64,000 bases of DNA, taken from Balanoglossus misakiensis (lineage: Eukaryota > Animalia > Hemichordata). Positions 38,001-50,000 of this stretch are shown here, piece by piece (position 1 is the first letter of the stretch; each line of letters begins with the position of its first letter). The stretch covers positions 758,814-822,813 of the forward strand of contig CM082585.2 of assembly GCA_040954595.2 (NCBI GenBank), written 5' to 3'. The notes beneath the pieces are model-generated. The model had not been told where the DNA came from. It made no database searches and was given only the letters and a program-made list of their open reading frames with translations. A program made the translations under genes and the position numbers.

Positions 38001-41000
38001 TTTTTCAAAAATCGACAAAATTTTGAGATTTTGCAAAGTCGAAAATTTGTAATTTTTTGATGATTTTCACCCATGTTTTTTTTCAAAAATCAACGAACCC
38101 ATGATTTTTTTCAAAAATCGACAACATTTTGAGATTTTGCAAAGTCGAAAATTTGTAATTTTTTGATGATTTTCACCCATGATTTTTCTCAAAAATCGAC
38201 GAAATTTTGAGATTTTGCAAAGTCGAAAATTTTTCATTTTTTGATGATTTTCACCCATGATTTTTTTCAAAAATCTACGAAATTTTGAGATTTTGCAAAG
38301 TCGAAAATTTGTCATTTTTTGATGATTTTCACCCATGATTTTTTTTTAAAAATCGACGAAATTTTGAGATTTTGCAAAGTCGAAAATTTGTCATTTTTTG
38401 ATGATTTTTACCCATGATTTTTTTTTCAAAAATCGACCAAATTTTGGGATTTTGCAAATACGAAAATTTGTCATTTTTTGATGATTTTCACCCATGATTT
38501 TTCTCAAAAATCGACGAAATTTTGAGATTTTGCAAAGTCGAAAATTTCTCATTTTTTGATGATTTTCACCCATGATTTTTTTTCAAAAATCGACGAAATT
38601 TTGAGATTTTGCAAAGTCGAAAATTTGTCATTTTTTGATGATTTTCACCCATGATTTTTTTCTTTTCAAAAATCGACAAAATTTTGAGATTTTGCAAAGT
38701 CGAAAATTTGTCATTTTTTGATGATTTTCACCCATGATTTTTTTCAAAAATCGACGAAATTTAGAGATTTTGCAAAGTCGAAAATTTGTCATTTTTTGAT
38801 GATTTTCACCCATGATTTTTTTCAAAAATCGACGAAATTTTGAGATTTTGCAAAGTCGAAAATTTGTCATTTTTTGATGATTTTCACCCATGATTTTTTT
38901 TCAAAAATCGACAAAATTTTGAGATTTTGCAAAGTTGAAAATTTGTAATTTTTTGATGATTTTCACCCATGTTTTTTTTCAAAAATCAACGAACCCATGA
39001 TTTTTTTCAAAAATCGACGAAATTTTGAGATTTTGCAAAGTCGAAAATTTGTCATTTTTTGATGATTTTCACCCATGATTTTTTTCTTTTCAAAAATCGA
39101 CAAAATTTTGAGATTTTGCAAAGTCGAAAATTTGTCATTTTTTGATGATTTTCACCCATGATTTTTTTCAAAAATCGACGAAATTTAGAGATTTTGCAAA
39201 GTCGAAAATTTGTCATTTTTTGATGATTTTCACCCATGATTTTTTTCAAAAATCGACGAAATTTTGAGATTTTGCAAAGTCGAAAATTTGTCATTTTTTG
39301 ATGATTTTCACCCATGATTTTTTTTCAAAAATCGACAAAATTTTGAGATTTTGCAAAGTCGAAAATTTGTAATTTTTTGATGATTTTCACCCATGTTTTT
39401 TTTCAAAAATCAACGAACCCATGATTTTTTTCAAAAATCGACAACATTTTGAGATTTTGCAAAGTCGAAAATTTGTAATTTTTTGATGATTTTCACCCAT
39501 GATTTTTTTTCAAAAATCGACAAAATTTTGAGATTTTGCAAAGTTGAAAATTTGTAATTTTTTGATGATTTTCACCCATGTTTTTTTTCAAAAATCAACG
39601 AACCCATGATTTTTTTCAAAAATCGACGAAATTTTGAGATTTTGCAAAGTCGAAAATTTGTCATTTTTTGATGATTTTCACCCATGATTTTTTTCTTTTC
39701 AAAAATCGACAACATTTTGAGATTTTGCAAAGTCGAAAATTTGTAATTTTTTGATGATTTTCACCCATGATTTTTCTCAAAAATCGACGAAATTTTGAGA
39801 TTTTGCAAAGTCGAAAATTTTTCATTTTTTGATGATTTTCACCCATGATTTTTTTTCAAAAATCGACAAAATTTTGAGATTTTGCAAAGTTGAAAATTTG
39901 TAATTTTTTGATGATTTTCACCCATGTTTTTTTTCAAAAATCAACGAACCCATGATTTTTTTCAAAAATCGACGAAATTTTGAGATTTTGCAAAGTCGAA
40001 AATTTGTCATTTTTTGATGATTTTCACCCATGATTTTTTTCAAAAATCGACGAAATTTAGAGATTTTGCAAAGTCGAAAATTTGTCATTTTTTGATGATT
40101 TTCACCCATGATTTTTTTTCAAAAATCGACAAAATTTTGAGATTTTGCAAAGTCGAAAATTTGTAATTTTTTGATGATTTTCACCCATGTTTTTTTTCAA
40201 AAATCAACGAACCCATGATTTTTTTCAAAAATCGACAACATTTTGAGATTTTGCAAAGTCGAAAATTTGTAATTTTTTGATGATTTTCACCCATGATTTT
40301 TCTCAAAAATCGACGAAATTTTGAGATTTTGCAAAGTCGAAAATTTTTCATTTTTTGATGATTTTCACCCATGATTTTTTTCAAAAATCTACGAAATTTT
40401 GAGATTTTGCAAAGTCGAAAATTTCTCATTTTTTGATGATTTTCACCCATGATTTTTTTCTTTTCAAAAATCGACAAAATTTTGAGATTTTGCAAAGTCG
40501 AAAATTTGTAATTTTTTGATGATATTCACCCATGTTTTTTTTCAAAAATCGACGAAATTTAGAGATTTTGCAAAGTCGAAAATTTGTCATTTTTTGATGA
40601 TTTTCACCCATGATTTTTTTTTAAAAATCGACGAAATTTTGAGATTTTGCAAAGTCGAAAATTTGTCATTTTTTGATGATTTTTACCCATGATTTTTTTT
40701 TCAAAAATCGACCAAATTTTGGGATTTTGCAAATACGAAAATTTGTCATTTTTTGATGATTTTCACCCATGATTTTTCTCAAAAATCGACGAAATTTTGA
40801 GATTTTGCAAAGTCGAAAATTTGTCATTTTTTGATGATTTTTACCCATGATTTTTTTTTCAAAAATCGACCAAATTTTGGGATTTTGCAAATACGAAAAT
40901 TTGTCATTTTTTGATGATTTTCACCCATGATTTTTCTCAAAAATCGACGAAATTTTGAGATTTTGCAAAGTCGAAAATTTCTCATTTTTTGATGATTTTC

Positions 41001-44000
41001 ACCCATGATTTTTTTTCAAAAATCGACGAAATTTTGAGATTTTGCAAAGTCGAAAATTTGTCATTTTTTGATGATTTTCACCCATGATTTTTTTCTTTTC
41101 AAAAATCGACAAAATTTTGAGATTTTGCAAAGTCGAAAATTTGTCATTTTTTGATGATTTTCACCCATGATTTTTTTCAAAAATCGACGAAATTTAGAGA
41201 TTTTGCAAAGTCGAAAATTTGTCATTTTTTGATGATTTTTACCCATGATTTTTTTTTCAAAAATCGACAAAATTTTGAGATTTTGCAAATTCGAAAATTT
41301 GTAATTTTTTGATGATTTTCACCCTTTTTTTTCAAAAATCAACGAACCCATGATTTTTATTCAAAAATCGACGAAATTTTGAGTTTTTGCAGTCGAAAAT
41401 TTGTCATTTTTTGATGATTTTCACCCGTTTTTTTTCAAAAATCGACGAAATTTTGAGATTTTGCAGTCGAAAATTTGTCATTTTTTGATGATTTTCCCCA
41501 TGATTTTTTTCAAAAATTGACGAAATTTTGAAATTTTGCAGTCGAAAATTTGTCATTTTTTGATCATTTTCCCCATGATTTTTTTCAAAAATCGACGAAA
41601 TTTTGAGATTTTGCAAAGTCGAAAATTTGTCATTTTTTGATGATTTTCACCCTTGATTTTCTTCAAAAATCGACGAAATTTTGAGATTTTGCAAAGTCGA
41701 AAATTTATCATTTTTTGATGATTTTCACCCATGATTTTTTTCAAAAATCGATGAAATTTTGAGATTTTGCAGTAAAAAAATTGTCATTTTTTGATGATTT
41801 TCACCCATGATTTTTTTCAAAATTGACGAAATTTTGAGATTTTGCAGTCGAAAATTTGTCATTTTTTGATCATTTTCCCCCATGATTTTTTTCAAAAATC
41901 GACGAAATTTTCAGATTTTGCAAAGTCGAAAATTTGTCATTTTTTGATTATTTTCACCCATGATTTTTTTCAAAAATCGACGAAATTTTGAGATTTTGCG
42001 AAGTCGAAAATTTGTCATTTTTTGATGATTTTCACCCATGATTTTTTTCAAAAATCGACGAAATGTTGAGATTTTGCAAAGTCAAAAAATTGTCATTTTT
42101 TGATGATTTTCACCCATGATTTTTTTCAAAAATCGACGAAATGTTGAGATTTTGCAAAGTCGAAAATTTTGTCATTTTTTGATGATTTTCAACCATGATT
42201 TTTTTTCAAAAATCGACGAAAATTTGAGATTTTGCAAAGATGAAAATTTGTCATTTTTGATGATTTTTACCCATAATTTTTTTTCAGAAATGGACGAAAT
42301 TTTGAGATTTTGCAAAGTCGAAAATGTGTCATTTTTTGATGATTTTCACCCGTTTTTTTTTCAAAATTTGTCATTTTTTCATGATTTTCACCCATGATTT
42401 TTTTCAAAAATCTAAGAAATTTTGAGATTTTGCAAAGTCGAAAATTTGTCATTTTTTGATGATTTTCCCCCATGATTTTTTTCAAAAATCGACGAAATTT
42501 TGAGATTTTGCAAAGTCGAAAATTTGTCATTTTTTGATGATTTTCACCCATGATTTTCTTCAAAAATCGACGAAATTTTGAGATTTTGCAAAGTCGAAAA
42601 TTTGTCATTTTTTGATTATTTTCACCCATGATTTTTTTTAAAAAATCAACAAAATTTTGAGATTTTGCGAAGTCGAAAATTTGTCATTTTTTGATGATTT
42701 TCACCGATGATTTTTTTCAACAATCGAAAAAATTTTGAGATTTTGCAAAGTCGGAAATTTGTCATTTTTTGATGATTTTCACCCATGATTTTCTTCAAAA
42801 ATCGACGAAATTTTGAGATTTTGCAAAGTCGAAAATTTGTCATTTTTTGATGATTTTCACCCTTGATTTTCTTCAAAAATCGACGAAATTTTGAGATTTT
42901 GCAAAGTCGAAAATTTATCATTTTTTGATGATTTTCACCCATGATTTTTTTCAAAAATCGACGAAATGTTGAGATTTTGCAAAGTCGAAAATTTTGTCAT
43001 TTTTTGATGATTTTCAACCATGATTTTTTTTCAAAAATCGACGAAAATTTGAGATTTTGCAAAGATGAAAATTTGTCATTTTTGTTGATTTTTACCCATA
43101 ATTTTTTTTCAGAAATGGACGAAATTTTGAGATTTTGCAAAGTCGAAAATGTGTCATTTTTTGATGATTTTCACCCGTTTTTTTTTCAAAATTTGTCATT
43201 TTTTCATGATTTTCACCCATGATTTTTTTCAAAAATCTAAGAAATTTTGAGATTTTGCAAAGTCGAAAATTTGTCATTTTTTGATGATTTTCCCCCATGA
43301 TTTTTTTCAAAAATCGACGAAATTTTGAGATTTTGCAAAGTCGAAAATTTGTCATTTTTTGATGATTTTCACCCATGATTTTCTTCAAAAATCGACGAAA
43401 TTTTGAGATTTTGCAAAGTCGAAAATTTGTCATTTGATTATTTTCACCCATGATTTTTTTTAAAAAATCAACAAAATTTTGAGATTTTGCGAAGTCGAAA
43501 ATTTGTCATTTTTTGATGATTTTCACCGATGATTTTTTTCAACAATCGAAAAAATTTTGAGATTTTGCAAAGTCGGAAATTTGTCATTTTTTGATGATTT
43601 TCACCCATGATTTTCTTCAAAAATCGACGAAATTTTGAGATTTTGCAAAGTCGAAAATTTGTCATTTTTTTGATGATTTTCCCCCATGATTTTTTTCAAA
43701 AATCGACGAAATTTTGAGATTTTGCAAAGTCGAAAATTTGTCATTTTTTGATGATTTTCACCCATGATTTTTTTCAAAATTGACGAAATTTTGAGATTTT
43801 GCAAAGTCGAAAATTTCTCATTTTTTGGTGCATTTTCACCCATGATTTTTTTTCAAAAATCGACGAAATTGTGAGATTTTGCAAAGTCGAAAATTTGTCA
43901 TTTTTTGATGATTTTCACCCATGATTTTTATTCAAAATTGACGAAATTTTGAGATTTTGCAAAGTCGAAAATTTGTCATTTTTTCATGATTTTCCCCCAT

Positions 44001-47000
44001 GATTTTTTTCAAAAATCGACGAAATTTTGAGATTTTGCAAAGTCGACGAAAATGTGTCATTTTTTGATGATTTTCACCCATTTTTTTTCAAAAATCGACG
44101 AAATTTTGAGATTTTGCAAAATCGAAAATTTGTCATTTTTTGATGATTTTCCCCCATGATTGTTTTTTAAAAATGGACGAAAGTTTGAGATTTTGCAAAG
44201 ACGAAAATTTGTCATTTTTGATGATTTTTACCCGTTTTTTTTTTAAATTTGTCATTTTTTGATGATTTTCACCCATGTTTTTTTTTAAAAAATCGACGAA
44301 CCTATGATTTTTTTCAAAATCGACGAAATTTTGTGATTTTACAAAGTCGAAAATTTTGTCATTTTTTGATGATTTTCAACCATGATTTTTTTTCAAAAAT
44401 CGACGAAAATTTGAGATTTTGCAAAGACGAAAATTTGTCATTTTTGATGATTTTTACCCATGATTTTTTTTTCAAAAATGGACGAAATTTTTAGATTTTG
44501 CAAAGACGAAAATTTGTCATTTTTTGATGATTTTCACCCATGATTTTTTTTCAAAAATCGACGAAATTTTGAGATTTTGCAAAGATGAAAATTTGTCATT
44601 TTTGATGATTTTTACCCATAATTTTTTTTCAGAAATGGACGAAATTTTGAGATTTTGCAAAGACGAAAATTTGTCATTTTTTGATGATTTTCACCCATGA
44701 TTTTTTTTCAAAAATCGACGAAAATTTGAGATTTTGCAAAGATGAAAATTTGTCATTTTTGATGATTTTTACCCATAATTTTTTTTCAGAAATGGACGAA
44801 ATTTTGAGATTTTGCAAAGACGAAAATTTGTCATTTTTTGATGATTTTCACCCATGATTTTTTTTCAAAAATGGACGAAATTTTGAGATTTTGCAAAGAC
44901 GAAAATTTGTCATTTTTTGATGATTTTCACCCATGATTTTTTCAAAATTGACGAAATTTTGAGATTTTGCAAAGTCAAAAATTTGTAATTTTTTGATGAT
45001 TTTCAACAATTTTTTTAAAAAATCGACGAAAATTTGAGATTTTTCAGTCAAAAATTTGTCATTTTTTGATGATTTTCCCCCATGATTTTTTTCAAAAATC
45101 GACGAAATTTTGAGATTTTGCAAAGTTGAAAATTTTTCAAAAATCGACGAAATTTATAGATTTTGCAAAGAGGAAAATTTGTCATTTTTTGATGATTTTC
45201 ACCCATGATTTTTTTCAAAATTGACGAAATTTTGAGTTTTTGCAGTCGAAAATTTGTCATTTTTTGATGATTTTCACCCGTTTTTTTTTTCAAAAATCGA
45301 CGAAATTTTGAGATTTTGCAGTCGAAAATTTGTCATTTTTTGATGATTTTCCCCATGATTTTTTTCAAAAATTGACGAAATTTTGAAATTTTGCAGTCGA
45401 AAATTTGTCATTTTTTGATCATTTTCCCCATGATTTTTTTCAAAAATCGACGAAATTTTGAGATTTTGCAAAGTCGAAAATTTGTCATTTTTTGATGATT
45501 TTCACCCTTGATTTTCTTCAAAAATCGACGAAATTTTGAGATTTTGCAAAGTCGAAAATTTATCATTTTTTGATGATTTTCACCCATGATTTTTTTCAAA
45601 AATCGATGAAATTTTGAGATTTTGCAGTAAAAAAATTGTCATTTTTTGATGATTTTCACCCATGATTTTTTTCAAAATTGACGAAATTTTGAGATTTTGC
45701 AGTGGAAAATTTGTCATTTTTTGATCATTTTCCCCCATGATTTTTTTCAAAAATCGACGAAATTTTCAGATTTTGCAAAGTCGAAAATTTGTCATTTTTT
45801 GATTATTTTCACCCATGATTTTTTTCAAAAATCGACGAAATTATGAGATTTTGCGAAGTCGAAAATTTGTCATTTTTTGATGATTTTCACCCATGATTTT
45901 TTTCAAAAATCGACGAAATGTTGAGATTTTGCAAAGTCAAAAAATTGTCATTTTTTGATGATTTTCACCCATGATTTTTTTCAAAAATCGACGAAATGTT
46001 GAGATTTTGCAAAGTCGAAAATTTTGTCATTTTTTGATGATTTTCAACCATGATTTTTTTTCAAAAATCGACGAAAATTTGAGATTTTGCAAAGATGAAA
46101 ATTTGTCATTTTTGATGATTTTTACCCATAATTTTTTTTCAGAAATGGACGAAATTTTGAGATTTTGCAAAGTCGAAAATGTGTCATTTTTTGATGATTT
46201 TCACCCGTTTTTTTTTCAAAATTTGTCATTTTTTCATGATTTTCACCCATGATTTTTTTCAAAAATCTAAGAAATTTTGAGATTTTGCAAAGTCGAAAAT
46301 TTGTCATTTTTTGATGATTTTCCCCCATGATTTTTTTCAAAAATCGACGAAATTTTGAGATTTTGCAAAGTCGAAAATTTGTCATTTTTTGATGATTTTC
46401 ACCCATGATTTTCTTCAAAAATCGACGAAATTTTGAGATTTTGCAAAGTCGAAAATTTGTCATTTTTTGATTATTTTCACCCATGATTTTTTTCAAAAAT
46501 CGACGAAATTTTGAGATTTTGCGAAGTCGAAAATTTGTCATTTTTTGATGATTTTCACCCATGATTTTTTTCAAAAATCGACGAAATGTTGAGATTTTGC
46601 GAAGTCGAAAATTTGTCATTTTTTGATGATTTTCACCCATGATTTTTTTCAAAAATCGACGAAATGTTGAGATTTTGCAAAGTCGAAAAATTGTCATTTT
46701 TTGATGATTTTCACCCATGATTTTTTTCAAAAATCGACGTAATGTTGAGATTTTGCAAAGTCGAAAATTTTGTCATTTTTTGATGATTTTCAACCATGAT
46801 TTTTTTTCAAAAATCGACGAAAATTTGAGATTTTGCAAAGATGAAAATTTGTCATTTTTGATGATTTTTACCCATAATTTTTTTTCAGAAATGGACGAAA
46901 TTTTGAGATTTTGCAAAGTCGAAAATGTGTCATTTTTTGATGATTTTCACCCGTTTTTTTTTCAAAATTTGTCATTTTTTCATGATTTTCACCCATGATT

Positions 47001-50000
47001 TTTTTCAAAAATCGACGAAATTTTGAGATTTTGCAAAGTCGAAAATTTGTCATTTTTTGATGATTTTCACCCATGATTTTTTTCAAAAATCGACGTAATT
47101 TTGAGATTTTGCAAAGTCGAAAATGTGTCATTTTTTTATGATTTTCACCCATGTTTTTTTTTTAAAAATCGACGAACCTATGATTTTGTTCAAAATCGAC
47201 GAAATTGTGTGATTTTGCAAAGTCGAAAATTTTGTCATTTTTTGATGATTTTCAACCATGATTTTTTTTCAAAAATCGACGAAATTTTGAGATTTTGCAA
47301 AGTCGAAAATTTTGTCATTTTTTGATGATTTTCAACCATGATTTTTTTTCAAAAATCGACGAAAATTTGAGATTTTGCAAAGTCGAAAATGTGTCATTTT
47401 TTGATGATTTTCACCCGTTTTTTTTCAAAATTTGTCATTTTTTTCATGATTTTCACCCATGATTTTTTTCAAAAATCGACGAAATTTTGAGATTTTGCAA
47501 AGTCGAAAATTTGTCATTTTTTGATGATTTTCACCCATGATTTTTTTCAAAAATCGACGAAATTTTGAGATTTTGCAAAGTCGAAAATGTGTCATTTTTT
47601 GATGATTTTCACCCATGTTTTTTTTTTAAAAATCGACGAACCTATGATTTTTTTCAAAATCGACGAAATTTTGTGATTTTGCAAAATCGAAAATTTTGTC
47701 ATTTTTTGATGATTTTCAACCCTGATTTTTTTTCAAAAATCGACGAAATTTTGAGATTTTGCAAAATCGAAAATTTGTCATTTTTTGATGATTTTCCCCC
47801 AGTGGTTTTTTTCAAAATCGACGAAATTTTGAGATTTTGCAAAGTCGAAAATTTGTCATTTTTTGATGATTTTCCCCCATGATTTTTTTTCAAAAATGGA
47901 CGAAATTTTGAGATTTTGCAAAGACGAAAATTTGTCATTTTTTGATGATTTTCACCCATGATTTTTTTTCAAAAATCGACGAAATTTTGAGATTTTGCAA
48001 AGTCGAAAATGTGTCATTTTTTGATGATTTTCACCCGTTTTTTTTCAAAATTTGTCATTTTTTGATGATTTTCACCCATGATTTTTTTTCAAAAATCGAC
48101 GAAATTTTGAGATTTTGCAAAGTCGAAAATTTGTCATTTTTTGATGATTTTCAACCCTGATTTTTTTTCAAAAATCGACGAAATTTTGAGATTTTGCAAA
48201 GTCGAAAATTTGTCATTTTTTGATGATTTTCACCCATGATTTTTTTCTAAAATCGACGAAATGTTGAGATTTTGCAAAGTCGAAAATTTGTCATTTTTTG
48301 ATGATTTTCACCCATGATTTTTTTCAAAAATCGACGAAATGTTGAGATTTTGCAAAGTCGAAAATTTTGTCATTTTTTGATGATTTTCAACCATGATTTT
48401 TTTTCAAAAATCGACGAAAATTTGAGATTTTGCAAAGATGAAAATTTGTCATTTTTGATGATTTTTACCCATAATTTTTTTTCAGAAATGGACGAAATCT
48501 TGAGATTTTGCAAAGTCGAAAATGTGTCATTTTTTGATGATTTTCACCCGTTTTTTTTTCAAAATTTGTCATTTTTTCATGATTTTCACCCATGATTTTT
48601 TTAAAAAATCGACGAAATTTTGAGATTTTGCAAAGTCGAAAATGTGTCATTTTTTGATGATTTTCACCCATGTTTTTTTTTTAAAAATCGACGAACCTAT
48701 GATTTTTTTCAAAATCGACGAAATTTTGTGATTTTGCAAAGTCGAAAATTTTGTCATTTTTTGATGATTTTCAACCATGATTTTTTTTCAAAAATCGATG
48801 AAATTTTGAGATTTTGCAGTAAAAAAATTGTCATTTTTTGATGATTTTCACCCATGATTTTTTTCAAAATTGACGAAATTTTGAGATTTTGCAGTCGAAA
48901 ATTTGTCATTTTTTGATCATTTTCCCCCATGATTTTTTTCAAAAATCGACGAAATGTTGAGATTTTGCAAAGTCGAAAAATTGTCATTTTTTGATGATTT
49001 TCACCCATGATTTTTTTCAAAAATCGACGAAATGTTGAGATTTTGCAAAGTCGAAAATTTTGTCATTTTTTGATGATTTTCAACCATGATTTTTTTTCAA
49101 AAATCGACGAAAATTTGAGATTTTGCAAAGATGAAAATTTGTCATTTTTGATGATTTTTACCCATAATTTTTTTTCAGAAATGGACGAAATTTTGAGATT
49201 TTGCAAAGTCGAAAATGTGTCATTTTTTGATGATTTTCACCCGTTTTTTTTTCAAAATTTGTCATTTTTTCATGATTTTCACCCATGATTTTTTTCAAAA
49301 ATCGACGAAATTTTGAGATTTTGCAAAGTCGAAAAATTGTCATTTTTTGATGATTTTCACCCATGATTTTTATCAAAAATCGACGAAATGTTGAGATTTT
49401 GCAAAGTCGAAAATTTTGTCATTTTTTGATGATTTTCAACCATGATTTTTTTTTCAAAAATCGACGAAAATTTGAGATTTTGCAAAGATGAAAATTTGTC
49501 ATTTTTGATGATTTTTACCCATAATTTTTTTTCAGAAATGGACGAAATTTTGAGATTTTGCAAAGTCGAAAATGTGTCATTTTTTGATGATTTTCACCCG
49601 TTTTTTTTTCAAAATTTGTCATTTTTTCATGATTTTCACCCATGATTTTTTTCAAAAATCGACGAAATTTTGAGATTTTGCAAAGTCGAAAATTTGTCAT
49701 TTTTTGATGATTTTCACCCATGATTTTTTTCAAAAATCGACGAAATTTTGAGATTTTGCAAAGTCGAAAATGTGTCATTTTTTGATGATTTTCACCCATG
49801 TTTTTTTTTTAAAAATCGACGAACCTATGATTTTTTTCAAAATCGACGAAATTTTGTGATTTTGCAAAGTCGAAAATTTTGTCATTTTTTGATGATTTTC
49901 AACAATGATTTTTTTTCAAAAATCGACGAAATTTTGAGATTTTGCAAAGTCGAAAATTTTGTCATTTTTTGATGATTTTCAACCATGATTTTTTTTCAAA

